64,000 nt of DNA from an uncultured delta proteobacterium (GTDB lineage: Bacteria; Desulfobacterota; Binatia; Binatales; Binataceae), in contig CAVXXK010000003.1 of assembly GCA_963765675.1 (NCBI GenBank), positions 224,001 through 288,000 on the forward strand. Reading direction: 5' to 3'. Each line of letters starts with the position of its first letter. The first letter of the stretch is position 1. A program made the position numbers and the translations under genes. Positions 9,658 through 22,399 of this stretch are shown one piece after another. Under the pieces are notes generated by a model, which did no database searches, was not told the origin of the DNA, and saw nothing but the letters and a program-made list of their open reading frames with translations.

Positions 9658-10797
9658 ATGACGATGACTCCCACCGCGCACACAAAGCTGGCCGCGATTC
9701 GCGAGGAGCTTAACCGGATGTTCCTCGAACGCGGCGATTTGATCGACGGCGCGCTAGTTGCGCTGCTGTCGCACAGCCATGTGCTCTTGATCGGCCCTCC
9801 AGGCACCGCCAAGTCGATGCTGGCCGAGGAGCTGTGTACGCGGATCGAAGGCGCGAACTATTTCCAGTGGCTGCTCACGCGCTTCAGCACGCCCGAGGAG
9901 ATTTTCGGCGCGGTCAGCCTGCGCGGCCTCGAGAACGACGACTATCGCCGCGTCACCGCACACAAGCTGCCCGAGGCGCATATCGCGTTCCTGGATGAAA
10001 TCTTCAAGGCGAATTCGTCGATCCTGAACGCGCTGCTGACGGTCGTTAACGAACGCATCTTTCACAACGGCCGCGAACGAATCAGCGTGCCGCTGGTCAC
10101 GATGTTCGGCGCGTCGAATGAATTGCCGGACGAAGAAGAGCTGACCGCTCTTTACGACCGCTTCATGCTGCGCTTCATGGCGGACTATATCGTCGAAGAA
10201 TTCCGCTTCCTCAAGATGCTCGAAGGCTCCGCTCCCGCCGAGCGGACGCGGCTCAACTTCGCCGAGTTGAACGAGCTCGGCGCGGCCGTGCGCGAGGTCG
10301 CGATTCCCGGCGCGATCCTGCGCTCGATCGCCGAGCTTCGGCGCGCCCTCGCCCATGAGCAGATCATCGTGTCAGACCGGCGCTGGAAGAATTCCCTCGC
10401 CGTGATGCGTGCGCATGCGATCCTGCTTTCGCGCGCCGCAGTGACCGAAGACGATCTGATGTTCCTCGAGCATGTCCTGTGGAAAGATCCCGAGGAGCGG
10501 CCCAAGGTGACCGAGGCGCTGCGCCGGATCGTGCGCGGATTCGAAGAGGAAGCGCGCGAGTTGCTGATCCAGAGCCAGGAGCTGCGCGAGTATGCCGAGC
10601 GCCGATGGGATAGCGAAGAGCTGCGCCAGCGCGCAATCGTCGAAGCGCACGCCAAGCTCGCGAACATCCTGGTGAAGTTCGACAACCTGCTGCGCGAGGC
10701 AGCCGAAGACGGCCGCACGATCGCCGGCGCCGACGCGATGCGCTCAGAAGTCCGCGAGATTCAGCAGGCGATGCTGCGGCGCACGCTGGACGCCTGA
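9658..10797 (+). CDS. MoxR/RavA-type AAA+ ATPase
   Basis: Walker A GPPGTAKS, Walker B FLDEIFKANS, ASNELP, LYDRF, SDRRW. Confidence 0.88.
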   Translation: MTMTPTAHTKLAAIREELNRMFLERGDLIDGALVALLSHSHVLLIGPPGTAKSMLAEELCTRIEGANYFQWLLTRFSTPEEIFGAVSLRGLENDDYRRVTAHKLPEAHIAFLDEIFKANSSILNALLTVVNERIFHNGRERISVPLVTMFGASNELPDEEELTALYDRFMLRFMADYIVEEFRFLKMLEGSAPAERTRLNFAELNELGAAVREVAIPGAILRSIAELRRALAHEQIIVSDRRWKNSLAVMRAHAILLSRAAVTEDDLMFLEHVLWKDPEERPKVTEALRRIVRGFEEEARELLIQSQELREYAERRWDSEELRQRAIVEAHAKLANILVKFDNLLREAAEDGRTIAGADAMRSEVREIQQAMLRRTLDA

Positions 10798-10805
10798 CCC
10801 GCGCT

Positions 10806-13065
<2,260 letters not shown>

Positions 13066-13073
13066 CGGGCTTC

Positions 13074-14179
13074 TCAGAGATGCGCGGTGACTGCTCCCAT
13101 CTCGTGGGTGTCGTAGCCGCACAGCCCCGCGACCTCGCTCGCGAAGCGTGACGAGTTCATCGCTTCGAGCATCGCGCGCACCGGCATCGACGACATCTCG
13201 CCCGCGGGCACCGCAAGATCGTAACGCTCCTCGCGAATCGGCACGAAGCCGAGTCCATAAGCCTCGGCCGCGACGCGAATCGTAACGCCAAGGTCGCCGT
13301 GCCCCGCCGCGATCGCGAGCGCCACTTCGAGATGACCACTGACCTCGCGATCATAGCCCGCGATCGCCGACGGCTTCAGCTTGAGCGTGGCAATCGCGTC
13401 GTCCAGCGCGAATCGCGCGCCCGCGCCTCGCTCGCGATTTACCAGTCTCAGGCGTGGCCGTCTCAAATCTTCGTAGCCGCTGATTCCAAGCGGATTACCC
13501 GGCGCAGTCGCGAGGCCAAGCTCCCAGCTCCCAAAGCGAATGATCGCGGTGTGCCGATTCTTGAGCGCGCGGCGCACCGGACCCAGGTTGTACTCGCCGC
13601 TTTTGGTGTCGCGCAGATGGACTCCCGCAACGTGCGCGCGTCCACCGAGAAGCGCGTCGAGCGCGCCCATGCTCCCGCGCGCGAGCGCTACGATCCTGAC
13701 CGGAGCGTGGCGCCGCGCAACCCAATCGGCCAGGAGCGACACGGCCGGATCGCATCCGGCGACAATCAGCGTCGCATCGATCTCAGCCGCAGACACATAC
13801 GCTGCGACTGACGCGCGGCGGCCCGCGACCCGCTAACGATTCCGTCGGCCGCCATCAGATGATGCTGCACTGCGGCAGCCGGCACCGCGACCACGCGGCC
13901 GCCCACTCGCGCAAGGGCTACATGCGCCCCGGCCGCAAGCTTCACCGATGCGGGAACAGCAACGGCGATATCGTCGGGCGACTCGGCGCCGAACAGCGCT
14001 TCGACGGTCGCGCCGAGCTCGCGCGCCAGCGCGATCGCGACGCTGACGCCGGGCTGGTACTGCCCCGCCTCGATCGCACCGAGCGCCTGTCGTGAGATAC
14101 CCGCGCGCCGCGCGAGTTCGTTCTGGCTGAATCCGTGAGCGGCGCGGGCGCGCCGGATTTGCTCATGAGAGGAAGCCAT
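13074..14179 (-). CDS. XRE-HTH plus molybdate-type periplasmic-binding-domain regulator (frameshift near 13830)
   Basis: N-part SQNELARRAGISRQALGAIEAGQYQP; C-part AGCDPA...AGVHL...NRERGAGAR...ERYDL, in a different frame. Confidence 0.8.
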
Positions 14180-14222
14180 AATCCTTGCCTTCTCGCCATA
14201 ATACTGGCATAACACCACCGCA

Positions 14223-15230
14223 ATGAAAATGCCGGCGCGATTTCTTTTACTCGCGATGCTCGCCGCATCGATAGCCTCGACCGCATTCGCCGCGCCCGCC
14301 AGCGCGCAGTCCGCGGCGCCCTCCGCGGCAGCTTCGCCGGCCGCCGCTTCGCAGCCGCCACCCAACCCGGGAGTCGGCGGTGTGCTTCGCTACGTCATCC
14401 CGAGCCTCGCGGCTCCCCCGGCGCCTCCCCCACCGGAAGAGCCGGCGGAAGCGGGATTCAGCGGCGCACTGATGGGCTTCGTCAATGGCTGGCTCAACAT
14501 GGTCTCGCGGACCCAGGCCGAACAGCCCCACTGGATCACACCGCTGGTGACCGTGACTCCGCGCCTCGAGCAAGAGTATCGCTACGATCAATTTTTCCAG
14601 TCCGCTCGCAACGGCGTCGCGACCGACAACTTCGGCGGCAGCAAAGGCCTCGAGGTGATCCCGCAGGAAAATATCGAGACCATCATCGGCGTGCCCGGAT
14701 TTCTCAAACGCAACATCCCGCGCAACACCGACGGCTTTGCCGATTGGCCATTCCTGGTCAAGCTGCGGCTGATTTCGGCCGACGAGGAGCACGGCAACTA
14801 TATCGTGACCGCGTTCATGGGCTTCAGCGTGCCGACCGGATCCAACGTCAACGGTAACGGCCACGGTGAGTTCACGCCGACGCTCGCGTTCGGCAAGGGC
14901 CTCGGCGATTTCGATTTTCAATCGACGGTCGGGGTGACGTTTCCTGCCGGCGGCCTGGATCGGCTGGGGATGCCGCTGGCGTGGAACACCGCGTTTCAGT
15001 ATCGCATCGCGAAATACTTCTGGCCCGAGTTCGAGACCAACTACACCTGGCAGTCTTACGGATCAGATAACGGCCACAACACGTTGTACCTGACTCCGGG
15101 AGTCCTGATCGGGAGGATCCCGATTCACAACCGCGTCGGACTTACCTTCGGCGCTGGCTATCAGGTCGCGGTGACCAAATATCACAACTACAACCACAAC
15201 GTAGTCTTGACCGCGCGCATTCCGTTCTGA
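14223..15230 (+). CDS. Putative outer-membrane beta-barrel transporter
   Basis: Signal peptide, Pro-rich linker, WITPLVTVTPRLEQEYRYD, amphipathic strands, C-terminal Phe. Confidence 0.65.
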   Translation: MKMPARFLLLAMLAASIASTAFAAPASAQSAAPSAAASPAAASQPPPNPGVGGVLRYVIPSLAAPPAPPPPEEPAEAGFSGALMGFVNGWLNMVSRTQAEQPHWITPLVTVTPRLEQEYRYDQFFQSARNGVATDNFGGSKGLEVIPQENIETIIGVPGFLKRNIPRNTDGFADWPFLVKLRLISADEEHGNYIVTAFMGFSVPTGSNVNGNGHGEFTPTLAFGKGLGDFDFQSTVGVTFPAGGLDRLGMPLAWNTAFQYRIAKYFWPEFETNYTWQSYGSDNGHNTLYLTPGVLIGRIPIHNRVGLTFGAGYQVAVTKYHNYNHNVVLTARIPF

Positions 15231-15244
15231 TCGGGGAACTATCG

Positions 15245-16244
15245 ATGCGCACCTTACGTTTTGAGAATCTCCGCCGCGCGCCACTGGTGGCGATCGCGAT
15301 CGTTATCGCGCTGTGCGCAATCACGATTCGGAGCCTCGCGCACGCCGCCGAGTCCGATCACGCCGCGGTCACGATCTTCCACGCCGACAGCCTCAACGCT
15401 TATGTCGCGGCGATCGCGAAGGTCTACAAGGCAGCTCATCCCGGCGCGCAGGTGCAGACCGAGAGCAGTGGCAGCCTCGATGCGATCCGCAAAATCACCG
15501 ACCTGCATCTGCCGTGCGATATTCTGATCACCGCCGATTGGCGGCTGCTGCAGACTCCGCGCGCCGGAATCGACAAATGGGCGGCGCTCTTCGCCGGCAA
15601 CTCGATGGGCATCGTGTATACCGCGCACTCGAAGTTCGCGTCGGAGATAAACGCCGCTAACTGGCGCGAAGTGCTCGCGCGGCCGGGCGTGCGCTACGGA
15701 CATTCGAATCCCGAGCGCGACCCAGCGGGTTACTGGACCCTGGTCGTATGGCAACTTGCCGCGCGCCTTTACCATGAGCCGAAACTCCCGGAGCAGCTCG
15801 CGGCCGGATGCCCCCGCGCAAACATCCGTCCGCACAACATCGATCTGATCGCGCTGCTGCAAAGCGGCGAGCTCGATTACTATTTCGGCTACGCGTCTGA
15901 CGCGCGGCTGGGCGACCTCAAATTCCTTGAGTTGCCGCCGCAGATCAATTTGAGCGACATCAAGCTCGCATCGGATTACGCGAAAGCCAGCATCGAGGTT
16001 GGAAGCGGACCGAATCGCAAGAGCTATCACGGGCTCTCCGGTCGCGTACGCGGCGACGCTGACGACGAATCCCCCCAATCGCGAAGGTGCGCTCGATTTC
16101 ATGCGCCTGATGCTGGGGGACGAGGGCCGCAAAGCGGCGCAGGACGCGGGACTTATCGCGTATCCGTCCGGACTCGCGTGGAATCCCTCGCACCAGATGC
16201 CGCCGGAGGTGCGATCGATGACGAAGCCGCTTGAAACGAACTAG
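15245..16244 (+). CDS. Tungstate/molybdate substrate-binding protein (WtpA/ModA-like; frameshift near 16030)
   Basis: FHADSL, SGSLDAIRKITDL..CDILITAD, SNPERDPAGY, LDYYFGY; C-terminus (ITGSPVAYAATL...ALDFMRLM) in another frame. Confidence 0.8.
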
Positions 16245-16849
16245 GCGCCCGCTTCGCGCGCGGCCTCGTCTTGCGCACCGCCGATCACCGTGGGCGGCGC
16301 GAAGCGTCCGGCGTCGTGCTCGATCACGATAATTCCGCAGTTCGCCGGAATGTGCGCTCCCTCCCATCCTCCGGTCACATGCGCCCATAGCGCGCGCATC
16401 ACGCCGCCATGGCTGACGATCACGACCTCGCCGTCGGAATAGTCGCGCGCGATTCGATCGAGCACCGGAGCGCTGCGCTGGCGGACGTCGAGATGGCTCT
16501 CGCCGCCGGGCGGACGCCACTGCCAGGAATGGGCGGGGTCGAAGCTCGGATCCTCGCGTACGACTTCGTACGGCTTGCCCGCGACGGCACCCAGATTCTG
16601 CTCGCGGAACTCCGGCTCGATCTCGACCGGCAGATCGAATTGCTCGGCGATGATCCGCGCGGTCTCGCGGGTCCTGAAGTACGGGCTCGCAATTACCTTG
16701 CGCGGATGAAAACTGGTTTTGATCCTGCGCGCCGCTTCGCGCGCTTGCTGGCGGCCGAGCTCGGTAATCGCCGCGTCGGGCGAGCTCGTGAAATGGCGAA
16801 TGCGGTTGCCTTCGCTCTCACCGTGGCGAACCAGAATTAGTTTGCCCAT
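16241..16849 (-). CDS. Histidine phosphatase family protein
   Basis: LILVRHGESEGN, SPYFRTRETA, VSHGG. Confidence 0.9.
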   Translation of the reverse strand: MGKLILVRHGESEGNRIRHFTSSPDAAITELGRQQAREAARRIKTSFHPRKVIASPYFRTRETARIIAEQFDLPVEIEPEFREQNLGAVAGKPYEVVREDPSFDPAHSWQWRPPGGESHLDVRQRSAPVLDRIARDYSDGEVVIVSHGGVMRALWAHVTGGWEGAHIPANCGIIVIEHDAGRFAPPTVIGGAQDEAAREAGA

Positions 16850-16915
16850 ATGACTGAGAGCCTCCCGGCGTTCTTTGTAGCTCAGGCCGGAAGTTATGTC
16901 ATGCTCCGCCCTAAC

Positions 16916-17713
16916 CTACGGCTTCGGAGCACCTTCGCCAATCGCGTCGGGCGCCGGCGCGGCGGACGGACGGGTCATCGCGCGGAACGCTTCGAGCAGA
17001 TCGATCGGGAGCGGGAAGATCGTGGTCGAGTTGTGATCGGTCGCGACCTCCTTGAGCGTCTGCAGATAGCGCAGTTGCAGCGTGATCGGACTCTTGCTCA
17101 TGACTATCGCCGCGTCCGCGAGCTTCTGCGAGGCCTGGAACTCGCCTTCCGCCGCGATCACTTTCGCGCGCCGCTCGCGCTCGGCTTCGGCCTGCGCGGC
17201 GATCGCGCGCTGCATGTCCTGCGGCAGATCGATATTCTTGAGCTCGACCAGCGTGACCTTCACGCCCCACGGCTCGGTCTGCGAATCGACCACTTCCTGG
17301 ATGCGCGCGTTGAGCTTGTCGCGCTGGCTCAAGAGCTCGTCGAGCTCGGTCTGTCCGCCGACGGAGCGCAGCGTGGTCTGCGCAAGCTGCATCGTGGCGA
17401 ACAAGTAGTTGGCGACCTCGGTCACCGCGCGCGACGGATCGACTACGCGGAAATACAACACGGCGCTCACCTTGACCGAGACGTTGTCCTTGGTGATCAC
17501 GTCCTGCGGCGGAATATCCAGGGTGACGGTGCGCAGATCGATTCGCACCATCCGCTCGAGGATCGGGATAACGAAGATCACGCCCGGACCGCGAAACGGA
17601 GTCAGCCGCCCGAGCCGAAAGATCACGGCGCGCTCGTATTCGTTCAGGACCTTGAGTCCGGAGAGGAAAATTATCACGACGATGAAAACGATTACGCCGA
17701 AACCTGTCGCCAT
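16916..17713 (-). CDS. SPFH/stomatin (slipin) protein
   Basis: [37 protein letters not shown]. Confidence 0.93.
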   Translation of the reverse strand: MATGFGVIVFIVVIIFLSGLKVLNEYERAVIFRLGRLTPFRGPGVIFVIPILERMVRIDLRTVTLDIPPQDVITKDNVSVKVSAVLYFRVVDPSRAVTEVANYLFATMQLAQTTLRSVGGQTELDELLSQRDKLNARIQEVVDSQTEPWGVKVTLVELKNIDLPQDMQRAIAAQAEAERERRAKVIAAEGEFQASQKLADAAIVMSKSPITLQLRYLQTLKEVATDHNSTTIFPLPIDLLEAFRAMTRPSAAPAPDAIGEGAPKP

Positions 17714-17740
17714 CGGATTCTCCTTATCGTAATTAGCGCT

Positions 17741-19072
17741 TCAGGACGCCCGCCGCACTTCGACCTCGAGGCCGTTGACGGCGGTGACGCGCGCACGGGT
17801 GCCGGGCGCGAGCGCCTCGGGACTGCGCGCGCGCCAAATCTCGCCGTGAACAAAAATCTTTCCCGGCACGCCGGCCTCGATCGCCTCGCGCACCTCGCCA
17901 ATTTCACCGACCATGCCTTCCGCTCCGGTCTTGGCGACGCGCCGCCGCTCGCTCGCCACGATATAGCCGAGTCCGAGGATAATCACGGTCAGTGCAACCG
18001 CCGCGCCGTAAATTATGTCGCGGTTGACTTCGAGATTGGTCTTCGACGTATCGATCAAAAACAGCGATCCAATCACGAAGGCCGCGACTCCGCCGAGTCC
18101 CAAAATCCCGTAGCTGGTGACGAACGCCTCCGCGACCAGCATCCCTACGCCAAGGAAGATCAGCAGCAGCCCGGTCACGTTGACCGGCAGCACCTGGAAC
18201 GATGCGAAAAACAACAGCAGGCAGATCGCGCCCGCGACACCGGGAAGAAAAACTCCCGGATGCGCGAACTCGAAATAAAGTCCCAGCAGCCCCGCCATCA
18301 ACAGCAGGTAGACGATATTCGGATCCGATAGCGTGTTCAGGACGAGTTGGCCGATAGTCATCGCGCCGCGGCGGACGGTCGCATCGGCGAGATTGAGCGT
18401 GATCTCCTTGCCGCCCGCCTGCACTTTGCGGCCCGAGGCTTGAACGAGCAGGCTGCGCAGGTCGGGCGCGACAATATCGATCACTTTTTTCTGCAGCGCC
18501 TCGCGCTCGCCGATCGCGACGCTGTGGCGGACCGCCTGCTCGACCCAGTCTTCATTTCGTCCCCGCTGTTGCGCGATACTGCGCGCGAAGGTCGCGGTGA
18601 AGTTCTCGATCTTCTCGCCCATGACTCCTTTGATATCCGAGCCGCCTTCTTCGACCGGATGTGCCGCGCCGATCGTCGTTCCGGGCGCCATCGCCGCTAT
18701 ATTTGCCGCCTCGGTGATAAACGTTCCTGCCGATGCGGCGCTCGCGCCCGACGGGGCCACGTAAACGATCACCGGAAGCGGAGCGGCAAGGAGGCTCTTC
18801 ACGATATGCTGCGCGGAGCTGAGGAGTCCGCCTGGAGTATCGAGCTCGATCACCAGGGCGCCGGCGCCCTCGCGCGAAGCCGAATCGATCGAGTCGTCGA
18901 TGAAACTCGCCACCGCGGGATTGATCGAGCCGTCGATCGTGATCAACTCGACCCAGGTCTGCGCTGGATGGCTATCGGCGCGCGCACGCATCGCGAGCGT
19001 CGCGATAATTCCCGCCGCGCCGAGCGTGAAAAGGATCGCCGTGATCGCGCGGAGATGGCGGCGGCGGGTCAT
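17741..19072 (-). CDS. nfeD: NfeD membrane-bound serine protease
   Basis: LDTPGG, AASAGTFI, IGAAHPV, C-terminal VHGEIWRA OB domain; paired with stomatin. Confidence 0.9.
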   Translation of the reverse strand: MTRRRHLRAITAILFTLGAAGIIATLAMRARADSHPAQTWVELITIDGSINPAVASFIDDSIDSASREGAGALVIELDTPGGLLSSAQHIVKSLLAAPLPVIVYVAPSGASAASAGTFITEAANIAAMAPGTTIGAAHPVEEGGSDIKGVMGEKIENFTATFARSIAQQRGRNEDWVEQAVRHSVAIGEREALQKKVIDIVAPDLRSLLVQASGRKVQAGGKEITLNLADATVRRGAMTIGQLVLNTLSDPNIVYLLLMAGLLGLYFEFAHPGVFLPGVAGAICLLLFFASFQVLPVNVTGLLLIFLGVGMLVAEAFVTSYGILGLGGVAAFVIGSLFLIDTSKTNLEVNRDIIYGAAVALTVIILGLGYIVASERRRVAKTGAEGMVGEIGEVREAIEAGVPGKIFVHGEIWRARSPEALAPGTRARVTAVNGLEVEVRRAS

Positions 19073-19863
19073 GCGCCGGCGCGCCCCGGAATCGGCCGCC
19101 CGAGTTCCTTCAGAACCTGCTGGACGTCTTGCCATACCAGCCGCTTGTCGCTCGGGTTGCGCAGCAGATAGGCGGGATGAAACGTCGGCATCATCCGGAC
19201 GCCGCGCACGTCATGCCAATTCCCGCGCAACCGGCTGATGGGAGTCTTGACCTTGAGCACGGCCTGCACCGCGAAGGTGCCGAGGCCGACGATCACGCGC
19301 GGCTTGACCAGCTCGATCTGGCGCATCATGAACGGCTCGCACGAGGCGACCTCGTCGGGCTCGGGATTGCGATTATCGGGCGGGCGGCACTTGATCACGT
19401 TGCAGATATAAACCTCGGCGCGCTTCATGCCCATCCCGCGCTCGATGATGTCAGTCAGCAACTGGCCCGCGCGACCGACGAATGGCTCGCCGCGCGCATC
19501 TTCTTCGGCACCCGGACCCTCGCCAATAAACATCAGCTCGGCGTTCGGATTGCCGACTCCGAAGACCAGGTTCTTGCGCAGCCCCCACAGCTTGCAGCGG
19601 CGGCAATCGCCGATAAATTCGCGCAGCCCTTCGAGCGATTCGGTTTTTTCGAGCCCGGGATATTTCGAGAACATCTCGCGCGACGGCGCCACGGCCGCGG
19701 GTACGACTCGCTCCGGCGGGCGCGCGCTTTCCGGCGCGGCCTGCGCGGGCGACCGCTCGGAGGCGGGCAGACCGTCCAATCCTTCCTCGCGGAGTTGCGC
19801 AACGTAGTCGGTGAGCGTCGCGATGATCGTCGCGCGGTCCGGATGCGGTTTGGGTTCACTCAT
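19069..19863 (-). CDS. Family-4 uracil-DNA glycosylase
   Basis: CRRC, GEGPG, PFVGRAGQLL, KCRPPDNR, TFHPAYLLR. Confidence 0.93.
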   Translation of the reverse strand: MSEPKPHPDRATIIATLTDYVAQLREEGLDGLPASERSPAQAAPESARPPERVVPAAVAPSREMFSKYPGLEKTESLEGLREFIGDCRRCKLWGLRKNLVFGVGNPNAELMFIGEGPGAEEDARGEPFVGRAGQLLTDIIERGMGMKRAEVYICNVIKCRPPDNRNPEPDEVASCEPFMMRQIELVKPRVIVGLGTFAVQAVLKVKTPISRLRGNWHDVRGVRMMPTFHPAYLLRNPSDKRLVWQDVQQVLKELGRPIPGRAGA

Positions 19864-19875
19864 AGTCGGCAGGCA

Positions 19876-20313
19876 TCACGCGAGCCGGTCCTGATGATAG
19901 CCAATATAGAGCGCCGTTCCGACCGATCCACCCACCGAGAGAATCAAGTAGACAATGATAAAGCCGACGGTAGGGTGGCCGTTGTCGTGGAGCGACCAGA
20001 ACAGCGTGAGATTCACCGGAACATAGAACGCGTACAGGACCGAGAGCGGCTTGAGCCATCGCTTCTGCGCAATCAATCCGTACGCGTAAATCGCCAGAAA
20101 GATTCCGAAGATCGGACCGCCGATTGCATTTTGACTGAACGTCGCAAGGCGATGCCCGAACACCACCAACCCGAGATGCGGGTCGTTGTGATGCTGAAAT
20201 GGCTTGGTGAAATCCGACAACGCGAGCACGGCGAACAGAATCGCCATTGCGGAAAGAAACCAGTCGCGGCGCGGACGCATTACGCCGGACGCGGGACTTC
20301 CGATCGTCGCCAT
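19876..20313 (-). CDS. Hypothetical four-TM membrane protein
   Basis: Four hydrophobic segments; lies between coaBC and UDG with an RBS. Confidence 0.65.
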   Translation of the reverse strand: MATIGSPASGVMRPRRDWFLSAMAILFAVLALSDFTKPFQHHNDPHLGLVVFGHRLATFSQNAIGGPIFGIFLAIYAYGLIAQKRWLKPLSVLYAFYVPVNLTLFWSLHDNGHPTVGFIIVYLILSVGGSVGTALYIGYHQDRLA

Positions 20314-20379
20314 CTGAATCCTCCCCTGAGACTGACAGGACCTGCTGTGGCATCGCGCGGGCATCACGCGCGGAGCCGG

Positions 20380-21606
20380 TTAGCGAACGACTCGAAGCCG
20401 CCGCGACTTCGCCGCGCGCATCGCGGCAAGGCGATCCAGGATCTTATCGGCGACCTCGTCTTTCGACAGTATCGGCAGACTCTCGACGCTGCCGTCGGCA
20501 CCGAAGAACGTGACGATATTGGTATCGACCGCAAAGCCGGCGCCCGACTGGGTGACGTCGTTGGCGACGATCAGATCGAGCCGCTTGCGCGCGAGCTTGC
20601 TCTTCGCGTTCGCCGCAAGGTCATCGGTCTCGGCGGCGAATCCGATCATCAGGCGCGAACCTTTCTTCGCCGCAATTCGCGGAAGCTCGTCGGCGATCGA
20701 AATCATCTTGAGCTCGATTCCCTTGGCGTTCTTCTTAAGCTTGCCGGCCGCCGGATGCGCGGGGCGGAAGTCCGCAACCGCCGCGGCCATCACGAGCGCG
20801 GAAGCCCACGAGAAATGGGTCGAAGTCGCCGCAAGCAACTGGGCCGCGCTTGCCGTATCGATCCGCTCGACACCATAGGGCGTCGGCAGCGCCGAGGGTC
20901 CCGCGACCAGCCGCACCTCCGCGCCGCGGCGGCGCGCAGCGGCCGCGATCGCGAAGCCCATCTTTCCTGAAGATCGATTCGAGACGAAGCGCACCGGATC
21001 GATCGCCTCTTGCGTGGGACCGGCGGTGACGAGGACGCGCTCACCCGCCAGATCGTTCGGCGAAAGAATCCGCTCGAGTTCGGCGGTGATGATCGCGGTG
21101 TCGGGCAGACGGCCCTTGCCCTCGTAGCCGCAAGCGAGCTCGCCCTCGGCGGGCTCGATGATCGTCGCACCGCGCGCGCGCAGCCTGCCAAGATTCTCGA
21201 CGACCGTGGGATGCGCGTACATGTGCACGTTCATCGCGGGCGCGAATGCGACCGGCGCCTGCGTGGCGAGCAAGACGGTGGTGACGATATCATCGGCGAT
21301 TCCCGCCGCGGCTTTCGCGATCACGTTGGCGGTTGCGGGCGCGATCAGAACCGCGTCAGCGGAATCAGCAAGCCGGATATGCCCAATCTCAGACTCCTGG
21401 GTGAGACTGAAAGTATCGGTAGCGACCGGGCTCTGCGCAAGCGTCTGGAGCGTGAGCGGCGTGATAAACTCCTGCGCGTTGCGTGTCATCATCACGCGGA
21501 CTCTCGCTCCTCGCTGCACCAAGGCGCGCACGATTTCGGCCGCCTTGTACGCGGCGATCCCGCCGCTAACGCCGAGCACGATCGTCTTATCGCGCAGGAT
21601 GCTCAT
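20380..21606 (-). CDS. coaBC: Phosphopantothenoylcysteine decarboxylase/ligase
   Basis: GGIAAYKA, APAMN, GPTQEAIDPVRFVSNRSSGKMG, GFAAET. Confidence 0.96.
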   Translation of the reverse strand: MSILRDKTIVLGVSGGIAAYKAAEIVRALVQRGARVRVMMTRNAQEFITPLTLQTLAQSPVATDTFSLTQESEIGHIRLADSADAVLIAPATANVIAKAAAGIADDIVTTVLLATQAPVAFAPAMNVHMYAHPTVVENLGRLRARGATIIEPAEGELACGYEGKGRLPDTAIITAELERILSPNDLAGERVLVTAGPTQEAIDPVRFVSNRSSGKMGFAIAAAARRRGAEVRLVAGPSALPTPYGVERIDTASAAQLLAATSTHFSWASALVMAAAVADFRPAHPAAGKLKKNAKGIELKMISIADELPRIAAKKGSRLMIGFAAETDDLAANAKSKLARKRLDLIVANDVTQSGAGFAVDTNIVTFFGADGSVESLPILSKDEVADKILDRLAAMRAAKSRRLRVVR

Positions 21607-21660
21607 CAGGGATCGATTCTATTGTGCACCGCCCTCCAGACGAAAGCCCCCCGCTATGCC

Positions 21661-22269
21661 TCACGACTCAGGACGCCAGCGATTCTCAGGGAGTAGCCGA
21701 TAAACACCGCCCGCCCTCGCGAGCATCCGATAACCCACCATCTCGCGGCGTAGGGTCGCGGCGTCTCCGTGATGGCGCTTCAGGATCGCGTTCACCTGCG
21801 CCTCGCTGTAGTCGATGCCTGCGGCGAACTTGCGCGCGAGCCATCTGAGCACCAGCCATCGTTTCTTGCGCGCGACCGGAATGGAGGTTAGGCGTTCGCC
21901 GTCGAGGAAATTCGCCAGCACCTCGCGCTCGCCGGCCTCGGCGGAAGTATCGGCAGCAATCTGGTCAAGGGAAGGGCGGCTCAGCAGCGCGCGGCTTCGG
22001 CGATGGAGCGCGTCCTCTTCGAGCCGGTACCATCGGGTGGTGCCCTCGGAGCGGACGCTCGCAAGGCCTACAGTCTTCAAGATCGCCAGATGGTGCGAGA
22101 CGGTGGGCTCGCGCAGCCCCAGCGCGCGAGCGAGTTCCTGCACGCTGTACTCGCGCGCGGCGAGCAATCCGACAATCCGCAGCCGGCTGCGGTCGGCGAG
22201 CGCGCGGAAAAACTCGAGCGGCTCGGACAAGAGAGCTTCGTTCATCACGCTTGATTTATCGACTAGCAT
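21661..22269 (-). CDS. ArsR-family regulator fused to DUF2087-like domain
   Basis: FRALADRSRLRIVGLL...EPTVSHHL; C-terminal IPVARKKR...YSEAQVN...DAATLRR. Confidence 0.85.
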   Translation of the reverse strand: MLVDKSSVMNEALLSEPLEFFRALADRSRLRIVGLLAAREYSVQELARALGLREPTVSHHLAILKTVGLASVRSEGTTRWYRLEEDALHRRSRALLSRPSLDQIAADTSAEAGEREVLANFLDGERLTSIPVARKKRWLVLRWLARKFAAGIDYSEAQVNAILKRHHGDAATLRREMVGYRMLARAGGVYRLLPENRWRPES

Positions 22270-22294
22270 CTAATTAGATATATATCTAATTAGA
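22269..22294. promoter_or_regulatory. Perfect 26-bp palindrome, probable ArsR auto-operator
   Basis: TCTAATTAGATATATATCTAATTAGA is its own reverse complement and abuts the start of the ArsR gene. Confidence 0.7.
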
Positions 22295-22399
22295 CCGCGA
22301 TCGACAAGAGCTTTAGGTTGCGGATCCCGACGGGTACGTTATCGAACTGAACGCTCAAGCAGTCCTGTTGGCGCGAAAGCGCCACGATAGCGGCGAGGC

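Noticed and set aside
16850-20970. Long plus-strand ORFs (493 and 613 aa) and similar antisense ORFs elsewhere
   Set aside because: Shadow frames of well-supported minus-strand genes, expected at high GC; no motifs.
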